IMG/VR virus record: IMGVR_UViG_3300046333_000120
Strand: one strand, 5' to 3'
Source: a virus
DNA length: 64,000 nucleotides
Below are positions 51,780 to 60,828 of this stretch, in pieces (position 1 is the stretch's first letter; the number at the start of each line of letters is the position of its first letter). The notes under the pieces are model-generated. The model saw only the letters and a program-made list of their open reading frames with translations. It did no database searches and was not told the DNA's origin. The position numbers and the translations under genes are program-made.

Positions 51780-52436
51780 ATGAATTTTGTAACCATTGAC
51801 TTTTCCCTTAACTCTCCTGGAATCTGTATATTTAAAGATAACAAATATAATTTTATTGGTTATTTAAAACCAAAGACAGGAACTAAAAAGGAACAAATAT
51901 TACAAGAGGAACTTAATCTTCTTGAAGATACTCAGATCTCACATCAACCTGATTGGACAAATAATGAGTCCTATTCAAAGAGTGAGATGATTAAAATCCA
52001 AAGACATACTCAGACTGCAAAAGACATTATTGATATGGTTATTGAAATCACAGGTAATGATTCTCCTTTCGTTATTGCATTTGAAGGATCTTCTTATGGT
52101 TCTTCTGCAGGTACTAATAATATTATTGACATGGCAGCAGGAGCAGCAATCTTAAAGATGGAAATGATGTCAAGACTTGAAGTCTTAGAAATGATGACCA
52201 TTGCACCTTCAACCATTAAGAAACACGCAGGAAAAGGTTCCATGAAAAAGGATGAGCTTTGGCTTAAATTTCTAGAAAACATTCTTGATGATTCTTCTTT
52301 AGCATCCTCGTCTCTTCTTAAATTCTGTAAAGACAATATAGGAGAGGTAAAGAATATACCTAAACCAATGGATGATTTAGTAGATGCATATTTCTTAAAC
52401 CATTTATCTAGAAGTTTATTTTACCCCAAGGCTTAA
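51780..52436 (+). CDS. RuvC-like (RNase H fold) nuclease / Holliday junction resolvase
   Basis: IDFSLNSPG, IAFEG, PSTIKKHAG.G..KK, DDLVDAY. Confidence 0.75.
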   Translation: MNFVTIDFSLNSPGICIFKDNKYNFIGYLKPKTGTKKEQILQEELNLLEDTQISHQPDWTNNESYSKSEMIKIQRHTQTAKDIIDMVIEITGNDSPFVIAFEGSSYGSSAGTNNIIDMAAGAAILKMEMMSRLEVLEMMTIAPSTIKKHAGKGSMKKDELWLKFLENILDDSSLASSSLLKFCKDNIGEVKNIPKPMDDLVDAYFLNHLSRSLFYPKA

Positions 52437-52444
52437 AGACTTAA

Positions 52445-52565
52445 GTTATATTGTCAGGGTACTGGATTGTTTCAGTAAAACTAAAAATAATTTAAAATAG
52501 TTTTCAAGTACCTATAAAAAGAATTAAAAATAGTACTGAAACTAAATTAAATAAAGATATATAAT
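52445..52565. promoter_or_regulatory. Divergent pair of GAAAC..TATAA(T/C) promoter-like motifs
   Basis: Plus strand GAAAC 52538-N17-TATAAT. Minus strand GAAAC 52473-N18-TATAAC. GTTTCAGTA/TACTGAAAC inverted repeat. Confidence 0.45.
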
Positions 52566-52596
52566 ACATGTACTAATATTTAAAAATGTATCATAG

Positions 52597-52785
52597 ATGA
52601 ATTCTTTCAATACAACCGAGCACTTTAATTTATTCAAAGCTCTAAGTAAACTAGTAACGTTAGGTAAAATCTCTAGAGATGAAATGGAAAACTTACTTAC
52701 TAAATCAGGTCTATCTAAAATAGATAAAAACCAATATAAAGATGATTCAGGTAATATTTTAACTATAGGTCGTGAAACATTTTAA
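52597..52785 (+). CDS. Hypothetical protein
   Basis: ORF after the promoter motif. Confidence 0.55.
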   Translation: MNSFNTTEHFNLFKALSKLVTLGKISRDEMENLLTKSGLSKIDKNQYKDDSGNILTIGRETF

Positions 52786-52843
52786 GGGTATCAGTATATA
52801 ATTAACAAATTAAAGTATTAACAAAAATTAAAGTATTTAAGAC

Positions 52844-53761
52844 ATGGCAGAATTTGACATTTTTAACTTAGGTGTAGCAGATGTAGACACACATGAAACA
52901 CAAGCTTCTTCAGGAAGTGACCTTTACAAACCAACAGCAGACGATGGTAAAGACGGAACTTACAAAGCAATTATTCGTTTTGTTCCAAACCCATCAAATC
53001 CCCGAAACTCTTTAGTAAAAAAATACGTACACTGGCTTACAAACGCAGGCGGTGATGGTAAAATGGTAGATTCCCCTTCAACAGTAGGAGAAAAATGCCC
53101 AATAGCTGATGTATTTTTTAAATTACGTAAAAGTGATTCAGCAGTTGATCGTAAAATGAGTGATAAACTTAAAAGACGTGAGCAGTACTTTGCTCTAGTT
53201 AAAGTTATTAAAGATCCTCAAAACCCAGATTTAGAAGGACAATACAAAATCTTCAAATTTGGTTATAAAATCAAAGAAAAAATTGACGAAGAATTGAAAC
53301 CAGCGTTTGGTGAACCAACTCAAGTATTTGACCTATTTGCAGGTAAAAACTTTGAATTGATTATATCAAGACAAGGAGATTTCAATAACTACGATAAATC
53401 AAAATTCTCATCTTCAACCAGTGCTATTGACATGGCAGGTTCTCCAGCAGAAAGAACTAAAGAAGTTATGACAACAATCAAAACTGAATTGGATGCTGCA
53501 CCTTCATTAGAACCTTACGAGTACAAAACATGGGATGAAGAAACCAGAGATTTTGTTAATAATATCTTAAGAAATTATTTAAATCCAGGTGATTCAATGG
53601 ACTCTGTTATTTCAAAACCAGCAGCTAAAAAACCAGCAGCTAAAACTGAAAGTGCAAATACATCAAGTGACTTTGAATTTCCAAGCGAAATGACTTCAAG
53701 TCCAAATTCTGCAAGTGATGCAGATGATTTAGATGATTTTCTAAATGATTTAGGAGTTTAA
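52844..53761 (+). CDS. Single-stranded DNA-binding protein, T4 gp32-like
   Basis: AIIRFVP, CPI, VIKDPQNPDLEG..IFKFGYKI, FDLF.GKNF.L, NYD.SKF, acidic tail DDLDDFLNDL. Confidence 0.92.
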   Translation: MAEFDIFNLGVADVDTHETQASSGSDLYKPTADDGKDGTYKAIIRFVPNPSNPRNSLVKKYVHWLTNAGGDGKMVDSPSTVGEKCPIADVFFKLRKSDSAVDRKMSDKLKRREQYFALVKVIKDPQNPDLEGQYKIFKFGYKIKEKIDEELKPAFGEPTQVFDLFAGKNFELIISRQGDFNNYDKSKFSSSTSAIDMAGSPAERTKEVMTTIKTELDAAPSLEPYEYKTWDEETRDFVNNILRNYLNPGDSMDSVISKPAAKKPAAKTESANTSSDFEFPSEMTSSPNSASDADDLDDFLNDLGV

Positions 53762-53781
53762 TCTTAAAATATAGTTAAATT

Positions 53782-53823
53782 AAATGGGTCAGGTGTAAAC
53801 TTGACCCATTTTTTATATATAAT
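53782..53823 (+). terminator. Intrinsic terminator after SSB overlapping TAAAC-N17-TATAAT promoter
   Basis: AAATGGGTCA/TGACCCATTT stem plus T-run; TAAAC at 53796, TATAAT at 53818. Confidence 0.7.
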
Positions 53824-53828
53824 ATTAT

Positions 53829-54953
53829 ATGACAAGCCCAAAAATTACAGAAGAATTAAAATCAAAGATACGAAGTTTAGTTAAAGAAGCGATTGTTAAA
53901 GCCCATAATGAACCTTCTAAACATATGCTTAAGGAAATGCCAGGTAGGATTACAATGGCATGTCCATTTTGTGGTGATTCCAGTTCTGACCATAAGAAGA
54001 AGAGAGGTAATTTATACTGGGACACTCTACAATATCATTGTTTTAATTGTGGTACTCACTCGAATGCATACCAATTACTTAAGGAACATCATGTAAAATT
54101 TAAAAATACAGACGATTCAATCCAGGTTATTGATTACATTCAAGAACATAAGATGGAAACAAATCATATTGAAGTCTTAGAACATGACGTATTTAAATTA
54201 GCATATGATTTATCTCCAACAAGAACAGAACTTAAACAATGGTTTGACTTTTATGAAATACAACCAGGAGATCCTGCATTTTTCTATTTAAGAAATAGAT
54301 TACTATCTTCAAAATTAGATAGGTTTATGTATTCGCCAAAGGATAAAAGAATTGTAGTTCTTAATCTTGCACCAAAGGATAAAGTTATTGGATTTCAAAC
54401 GCGCTCACTTATTAAAAAAGCAAATTCAAGATATTTAACATATGACCTTGAAAAAATATATGAAGAGGCAGGAAAGGAACTTGTAATATCTGAAGAAGAA
54501 TTAGTAAGTGTTAAAAAGGTTTCGACATTATTTAATGTAATGATGGTTGATTTCGAAAGAGAAGTAACTATGTTTGAAGGACCTATTGACTCAATGTTTA
54601 TACCAAACTCTATTGGACTTGCAACCGCAGGTAGATCTACAGAGGAATTCGATGAAATTCCAACTATTAGATATATGTTCGATAATGATGTTACTGGTAA
54701 AAAGAAGATGATGGAAAAATTAAAAAGAGGTAGAAAGATATTTATATGGGAAAAATTCTTAAAAGAAACATCAATTGAAAAGGATTGGGATAATTTCCTT
54801 AAAAATATTGATAAAAATAATAGAGATAAATATCCTAAACAAATAGGTGATTTAAACGATTTGGTTATTGCGGCGTGGCTAACTAAGAATAAATGTTTAA
54901 GCAAATTGATGGATTATTTTACTAACTCTAAACTTGATGCATATCACTTATGA
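53829..54953 (+). CDS. DNA primase, T4 gp61-like
   Basis: CPFCGDS..KKRG..HCFNC Zn finger; TOPRIM FEGPIDS, FDND. Confidence 0.9.
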   Translation: MTSPKITEELKSKIRSLVKEAIVKAHNEPSKHMLKEMPGRITMACPFCGDSSSDHKKKRGNLYWDTLQYHCFNCGTHSNAYQLLKEHHVKFKNTDDSIQVIDYIQEHKMETNHIEVLEHDVFKLAYDLSPTRTELKQWFDFYEIQPGDPAFFYLRNRLLSSKLDRFMYSPKDKRIVVLNLAPKDKVIGFQTRSLIKKANSRYLTYDLEKIYEEAGKELVISEEELVSVKKVSTLFNVMMVDFEREVTMFEGPIDSMFIPNSIGLATAGRSTEEFDEIPTIRYMFDNDVTGKKKMMEKLKRGRKIFIWEKFLKETSIEKDWDNFLKNIDKNNRDKYPKQIGDLNDLVIAAWLTKNKCLSKLMDYFTNSKLDAYHL

Positions 54954-55168
54954 TAAAAAAAGAATTTTTACAAATGATCGAAGAGCAATTCGAGGACTTT
55001 GAAAATGAGAGAAGTAAAAGAAAAAATCTAAAACTAATTATAGATTTTACATCCACTAGTATCTCACACGAAGGCAAGGAATTTACAATAACAAAACCAA
55101 AACTTAAGGCTAAGTTTAATAGTTCAGTGTATATTAAAGACAATAAAAAAGGAACCTCATTATTTTAA
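54950..55168 (+). CDS. Hypothetical protein
   Basis: ATGA-coupled to primase. Confidence 0.6.
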   Translation: MIKKEFLQMIEEQFEDFENERSKRKNLKLIIDFTSTSISHEGKEFTITKPKLKAKFNSSVYIKDNKKGTSLF

Positions 55169-55179
55169 ATAAGACTAAT

Positions 55180-55608
55180 ATGTCAGAAACAATTGATAAA
55201 ATACAACAGTTAGATGATTACTTAAGTAAACAAAGAACTGACTGGACTTCTAAAATAAAGGCATTGACTGAACAATTAAAGTTAGGTAATAATTTAGAAG
55301 AGGTTAGTGCATATACATTAAGTTACCGCCAAATATTAGTAGAACATTTGGCTACTATGGGAAATCGCATTAAATCGCAAAAGGCAACTGTAGATAAAAG
55401 GTATAGAGATAAATGGATCGAATACTTTAGTTATGATTATAAGCTTACCGATAAAATGCGCGAAAAATTTGTTGAAGCTGATATTTCAGACGATACACAA
55501 ATCCTTGAGTTATTAATTACTCAAAAAGGGTTTATTGAGGGATCAGTAAAAACACTTGATAATATGGGCTTTGCAATAAAGAATCGCCTAGATATTTCAA
55601 AGCTCTAG
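55180..55608 (+). CDS. uvsY: UvsY-like recombination mediator
   Basis: Helical 142 aa upstream of UvsW; C-terminal GFAIKNR matches the UvsY pattern. Confidence 0.6.
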   Translation: MSETIDKIQQLDDYLSKQRTDWTSKIKALTEQLKLGNNLEEVSAYTLSYRQILVEHLATMGNRIKSQKATVDKRYRDKWIEYFSYDYKLTDKMREKFVEADISDDTQILELLITQKGFIEGSVKTLDNMGFAIKNRLDISKL

Positions 55609-55633
55609 GGCTTAAAAAAGATCATAATGAGAT

Positions 55634-57142
55634 TTGATTTTAACATTAACGGAAGACAATCAATTTTTAAGAATTGATGAATCAACTGAACTTGAGTTAG
55701 AGCAGATTAGAATTTCTTTAACAAAACGTATTGACTCTTGGAGATTTAATCCTTTAGTCAAACGAGGTGTGTGGGATGGTTATGTAACATATATTAAAGA
55801 TGATAAATGGATTCCTGCAGGTCTATGGCGATATGTCATGGGAATATGTAAAGACTATAGATTTGAATTAAAAATTAATGGAATCAAACGATTAATAGAT
55901 CCAAATATAAATGCAGAAACATTCGAAACATGGGCATATGGCCTATTTGAAGGTTCTAAGATAACTCCAAGGGATTACCAAGTAGATGCTGCATATAATA
56001 TATTAAAATTTAGAAAGTGTCTTGCTGAACTCGCAACATCAGCAGGTAAGACCCTAATTAGTTTTCTTACAATATCTTATATGCTAGAAAAAGGAACAGC
56101 ATCTAAGATATTATTTATAGTACCAAACGTTTCGCTAGTAGTACAAGCACATGAGGATTTTCATGACTATAACTTTAAAAATAGAATTGACTTAAGAATT
56201 CAACAAATTTTTGCAGGACAAAAGATCAAATCTAATAAGAATATAGTTATTGGTACTTACCAATCGTTAATCAAAAAGGATAAAGAATATTTTGAACAAT
56301 TCGATGCAGTAATTGTAGATGAAACACATAAGGCAAAATCAGCAAGTATTAAAACGATTTTACAAAAATGTACTAATGCTAAATATAGATTTGGTCTTTC
56401 AGGTACAATTCCAAAGGATGGAACTTTAGACAAATTAACATTAATGAGTCAAACTGGTCCTGTAATTGCAGAAGTTAAAGCAAGTTTTTTACAAAAAGAA
56501 GGACACATTGCCAAATGTGCAGTTAAAGTAATTGAAATGGATTATGCAACTGACAAGCAAAAAACAGCATTAATGGAATTAGCTCAAAATAAATATGAGA
56601 ATAAAGATGTATTTGCACTAGAACAAAACTTTGTTATAAATAATGCAGCACGACTTGATTTTATTTCAAATGTAATAGGTAGAGTACCAAAGAATAGTTT
56701 AGTACTTTTTCATAGAATAGAGCATGGTCAAAGGCTTTATGAAAAACTTAGGCAAGAAACTAATAAGAGAGTATTTTATGTAGACGGTGGAACTGCAACT
56801 GATATTAGAGAGGAATACAAAAAGAAAATGGAATCCGGAGAAGAAATTGTTATTGTTGCAAGTTATGGAACCTTTTCAACAGGTATATCAATTAAGAAAA
56901 TTCATAATATATTTTTTACAGAATCTTTTAAATCTGAAGTGATAATTAGACAATCAATTGGACGTGGACTTAGACAACATGAATCAAAGGACAAGGTATT
57001 AATTGTAGATTTTGTGGATAATATTAGAACAGTAGAATGGGATAATTATTTGTATAGACATGGCAAAGCAAGACAAGCAATATACAAACAAGAGAAATTT
57101 GAATACACCATAAAGAAAGTCAATTTTGAAGGAGATATATAA
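55634..57142 (+). CDS. uvsW: SF2 DNA helicase UvsW
   Basis: WDG, PRDYQ, TSAGKT, VDETH, GLSGT, SYGTFSTG, QSIGRGLR; TTG start. Confidence 0.92.
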   Translation: MILTLTEDNQFLRIDESTELELEQIRISLTKRIDSWRFNPLVKRGVWDGYVTYIKDDKWIPAGLWRYVMGICKDYRFELKINGIKRLIDPNINAETFETWAYGLFEGSKITPRDYQVDAAYNILKFRKCLAELATSAGKTLISFLTISYMLEKGTASKILFIVPNVSLVVQAHEDFHDYNFKNRIDLRIQQIFAGQKIKSNKNIVIGTYQSLIKKDKEYFEQFDAVIVDETHKAKSASIKTILQKCTNAKYRFGLSGTIPKDGTLDKLTLMSQTGPVIAEVKASFLQKEGHIAKCAVKVIEMDYATDKQKTALMELAQNKYENKDVFALEQNFVINNAARLDFISNVIGRVPKNSLVLFHRIEHGQRLYEKLRQETNKRVFYVDGGTATDIREEYKKKMESGEEIVIVASYGTFSTGISIKKIHNIFFTESFKSEVIIRQSIGRGLRQHESKDKVLIVDFVDNIRTVEWDNYLYRHGKARQAIYKQEKFEYTIKKVNFEGDI

Positions 57143-57174
57143 ATATAATAACGTAATAAAAAAACAAATTAAAA

Positions 57175-59124
57175 ATGGCAGAAGTTAATAGAATCTCATC
57201 ATTTAAAAGTTTTTCAGAGATTAAATCTCAAGAAAATGAAACTAAATTAAGAGAAGAAAACAATCTAAAGAAACAAGAAACACTATCTAAAATTGAAGAA
57301 ATTTTAGATGAGATGGGATTAACAAATCTATCTGAAATCGATGAAGATTCTCAGACAGCTTTCATATCTAAATTGTTAGGTAAAGAAACGAATGAAGGTA
57401 ATGCATTTGTATATGCTGCAGGTAAAGCTAAGGCAGATGGGAAAAAAGAATTTGAATTTAATGGTAAAACTTATAAAGTAACTATTAAAGACACTGGCAT
57501 CAAAGAAGATAATGAGATTATCGATGAAGCAATTAGCAGAAGTATATATGATAGAATGGATGGACTTCACAATATTAAAGCTATGAAATCTTTAATTGAT
57601 TCTGCGAAGACTATCTTTGATGATTTATCTGAAGAAATGTTTGAATTTGATGAAATCTGTGATTTCATTGTAATGAAAATAAAGAAAAGTAAATTAGCAG
57701 GAATGTATGAATCTGTAAATGAAGCAAGAATTAAAGCTCCTACTGCACTTCAAGAAATTATTGATGGCAATACATCAAGAGCTGAAGGTATTAAATTATC
57801 AAAACCAATGGCTGAACATATATTGAATTGGATTAATACATCAGCGTATGGTAAAAAGTATGGCAAAGATTTACCGTTAAACATGGTTATTAAGGCTTCA
57901 TTTAGTTGGGGTATTGAAAGAGGTTTAGATCCTAAATTGAAATCTGAATTAGATACATTAAAAGATAGTATTAAAGAATCTGTAATCAATGAAGCCAAAG
58001 TTAAGCAATTTGATGCTGACTTTAATGACATGGTTAAAAATATCAAATCAGGTTATGGTTGGATTGATCCAGAATATGTCGCAGATACTTGGGAAAATTC
58101 AAGTGACTCTGTTGATTTTGAATTAGTTAAAGGAGAAATCTACAAAAGATTAATTGCAGCAGGTTTATTAGCATATCCAAATCCAGATGATGAAGAAAAG
58201 AAAGGTGTGCCTGTTAGAAAATTGCAAGAACTTGGTATTAAAGAATCTATTACAAACGAAGCAACTGTTGAAGTAGATGCAACAGATCCTAAAGATAAAA
58301 ACCTTGCAAAACTATTAAAGAAACATAAAGTTTCGTTGGAAGTAATCAATAAAAATGGACCATCCGGATGGCCTGAAGTTAAATTAACAGGAGATATTAA
58401 AGATCTTAAAGCAGTTTTAGCAGATTCTGAATATGGATGGGATGATGAAGGCTTAGCAGATTATATTGAAGAATCAGTAGTTAATGAAGCTGAGAAATTT
58501 AAAAGTACTAAAGACTTTGAAGATTTCTTAGAAGAAATTGATGGTATGCCAGAGAACAGAATCAAAAGAATCATGGGTAAAGATTATATCGATACTCCAG
58601 GTGGATATAGAGATGAAGCTGATGATTATGATAACGATATTACAGAATACATGATTTCTAACATGGGTAAATCTGATTTTAATGAACTTAAAACATGGTG
58701 GGAAACCAATGTTGCTGAATCATTTATTAGTGAATCAAGTATGGGAGAAATCGATCAAATGGCACAAGATGCTAAAGATTTCAAATCATTTGTAAAAGAA
58801 TTTACAAAAAAATACCATGATTTATCCAATACAGGAGAACCTGGACAATTTAAAGAATGGTTACAATCTGCTTATGATGCAGCAAAAGAAAACATGGATG
58901 AATCATCAGTTACTGAAGCTGAAGTTAGTTCTGATGATGAATTTAAAGAATATGCAATGGCTGTTTTGAAAAAAGCATTTGGAGAAGACTTTGATGAAGC
59001 TAAGGCTGGTGAAGTAGTTGATGGAATTCTTAAAAAATGTGATGGAGACTATGGCGCATGTGTTGGAATGCTAACAAGTTCTCTTGGAGAATCGAATGAT
59101 ACCACATCATCTCAAGAATCTTAA
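57175..59124 (+). CDS. Putative packaged polyprotein of small modules joined by ES-x-x-NEA linkers
   Basis: SSFKSFSE leader; linkers ETNEG, EIIDEA, ESVNEA, ESVINEA, ESITNEA, ESVVNEA, ESFISES, ESSVTEA. Confidence 0.7.
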   Translation: MAEVNRISSFKSFSEIKSQENETKLREENNLKKQETLSKIEEILDEMGLTNLSEIDEDSQTAFISKLLGKETNEGNAFVYAAGKAKADGKKEFEFNGKTYKVTIKDTGIKEDNEIIDEAISRSIYDRMDGLHNIKAMKSLIDSAKTIFDDLSEEMFEFDEICDFIVMKIKKSKLAGMYESVNEARIKAPTALQEIIDGNTSRAEGIKLSKPMAEHILNWINTSAYGKKYGKDLPLNMVIKASFSWGIERGLDPKLKSELDTLKDSIKESVINEAKVKQFDADFNDMVKNIKSGYGWIDPEYVADTWENSSDSVDFELVKGEIYKRLIAAGLLAYPNPDDEEKKGVPVRKLQELGIKESITNEATVEVDATDPKDKNLAKLLKKHKVSLEVINKNGPSGWPEVKLTGDIKDLKAVLADSEYGWDDEGLADYIEESVVNEAEKFKSTKDFEDFLEEIDGMPENRIKRIMGKDYIDTPGGYRDEADDYDNDITEYMISNMGKSDFNELKTWWETNVAESFISESSMGEIDQMAQDAKDFKSFVKEFTKKYHDLSNTGEPGQFKEWLQSAYDAAKENMDESSVTEAEVSSDDEFKEYAMAVLKKAFGEDFDEAKAGEVVDGILKKCDGDYGACVGMLTSSLGESNDTTSSQES

Positions 59125-59140
59125 AATAATTTGAATAAAT

Positions 59141-59190
59141 AATATGACCTGGATTTTTTCTAGGTCATATTTTTTTATTATATTTACAAT
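59141..59190 (+). terminator. Terminator hairpin fused to TATATTTACA promoter-like motif
   Basis: AATATGACCT/AGGTCATATT stem, T-run, then TATATTTACA as in the repeat modules. Confidence 0.6.
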
Positions 59191-60477
59191 ATGAAATCAA
59201 AAATCCTTAATTTTAATCAGTTTTTAACTGAAAAATACGAAGTAAGATTAAATGAACAACTCCTATTAGAAGGAGGTGCTGCAGGACATATGTCTCATCC
59301 ATTTGATGAAAGAGACCTTACATTTAGTGACTTTAAGAAAATAATCGAAGCAGGTCTTTCGGGAGATTTAACATTTGAAGAAGATCCAACTGAAAAAACA
59401 GATGGACAGAATGTCTTTGCTACTGTCCAAGATGGTCAAGTTAAATTTGCAAGAAATAAAACTGAACTTAAGAATCCAATGGATCTTAATACATTTAAAC
59501 AGAAATTTACAGGACATCCAAGCAAAATGGTTGAAGAGACATTTCAATTTGCTGCAGAAGATTTAGCACATGCACTTATTAAATTGTCAGCCAAAGATTT
59601 AGAAGCATTTGATAATGGTAAGAATTTCATGAATATGGAGCTTATATATTCTAAGAATCCTAATGTTATTTATTACGATAGAGACATCATACAGTTTCAT
59701 GGGATTAAAATAACTGACGGTGAGGGTAATATTATCGGAGATGATAATAAATATGCTAGATCTATTGCAAAGGCCTTAGAAGATGTCAAGGCACACATAG
59801 GAAAGGTATTTACTATTATTCCTCCACAAATTATCAAGATAGGTAAGGATATAGATTTTAATATTAATAAATCCAAATTTATTAAAAAGGTAGAAGACTT
59901 AAAGAATCGTTATAAATTAACAGATGCCGATGAGGTTTCTAAATATCATGAAATGTGGTGGAGAGAATTAATAGACCAAAATTTCCCAGATTTAACACAG
60001 GATTTTAAAGAAGGTTTATTATTAAGATGGGCATATGATGATAAGAAAACTCTTAATTTAAGAAGTTTAGATAAAGAACTTGGAAAAGATAAAGCAGAAC
60101 TTATTAAGAAGTTTGATAAAGAAGATGTTAAAAAGAAATATAAAGAAAACATTAGACCATTTGAGGATTTATTTCTTGAATTAGGAAGTGTTATCTTAAA
60201 GAATGCAAGTAACTTTGTTGCTGCAAACCCAAAGGCAGAAATGCAAAGATTACATACCCAGATTAGAACAGAAGCTGAAAATATTAAATTGAATGGTGAT
60301 ACTGCTCAAATTGATAAAGTAATGTCAGAGCTTGAAAGACTTGATAGAATTGGAGGTATTGAATCAATTATTCCTACTGAAGGTATTGTATTTGTTTACA
60401 AAGGAAAAACTATGAAACTTACAGGTACATTTGCTGCCATCAATCAATTAATGGGTATCATTAAGTATGGTAGATAA
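59191..60477 (+). CDS. Leader-bearing ATP-dependent ligase-fold nucleotidyltransferase
   Basis: ILNFNQFLTE leader, LLE/GGAAGHM, motif I EKTDG, motif III MELIY, motif IV EGIVF, motif V MKL. Confidence 0.65.
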   Translation: MKSKILNFNQFLTEKYEVRLNEQLLLEGGAAGHMSHPFDERDLTFSDFKKIIEAGLSGDLTFEEDPTEKTDGQNVFATVQDGQVKFARNKTELKNPMDLNTFKQKFTGHPSKMVEETFQFAAEDLAHALIKLSAKDLEAFDNGKNFMNMELIYSKNPNVIYYDRDIIQFHGIKITDGEGNIIGDDNKYARSIAKALEDVKAHIGKVFTIIPPQIIKIGKDIDFNINKSKFIKKVEDLKNRYKLTDADEVSKYHEMWWRELIDQNFPDLTQDFKEGLLLRWAYDDKKTLNLRSLDKELGKDKAELIKKFDKEDVKKKYKENIRPFEDLFLELGSVILKNASNFVAANPKAEMQRLHTQIRTEAENIKLNGDTAQIDKVMSELERLDRIGGIESIIPTEGIVFVYKGKTMKLTGTFAAINQLMGIIKYGR

Positions 60478-60495
60478 ATAAAATAAATAATAGAC

Positions 60496-60813
60496 ATGAA
60501 ATATACACAAGCGTTTGAATCATTTATTAATGAAGCTACTGATAAACCAACTTTAGATTCTTCAACTGGATTAATCTATTACTTCGATATTCCTTTCACA
60601 TCAGAAGATATGGAAGAATTATTAAGTGCAAGTAAAATGGTATTAAATGGAAAATTTACTCCAAATAAACAGTTTGAAATCCAACCGATGATTTTTATTA
60701 AAGATAAAGTTAATGGTGGAGAACATACATTTAGTGTTACACAAATTGGATTATTAGGCTCTTTTTATAATAAGAACAAAGACAGTGTTGCATCTAGATC
60801 AGATTTCAATTAA
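60496..60813 (+). CDS. Small protein with capsid-targeting-like leader
   Basis: MKYTQAFESFINEA. Confidence 0.65.
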   Translation: MKYTQAFESFINEATDKPTLDSSTGLIYYFDIPFTSEDMEELLSASKMVLNGKFTPNKQFEIQPMIFIKDKVNGGEHTFSVTQIGLLGSFYNKNKDSVASRSDFN

Positions 60814-60828
60814 TATAATTTAATAAAA

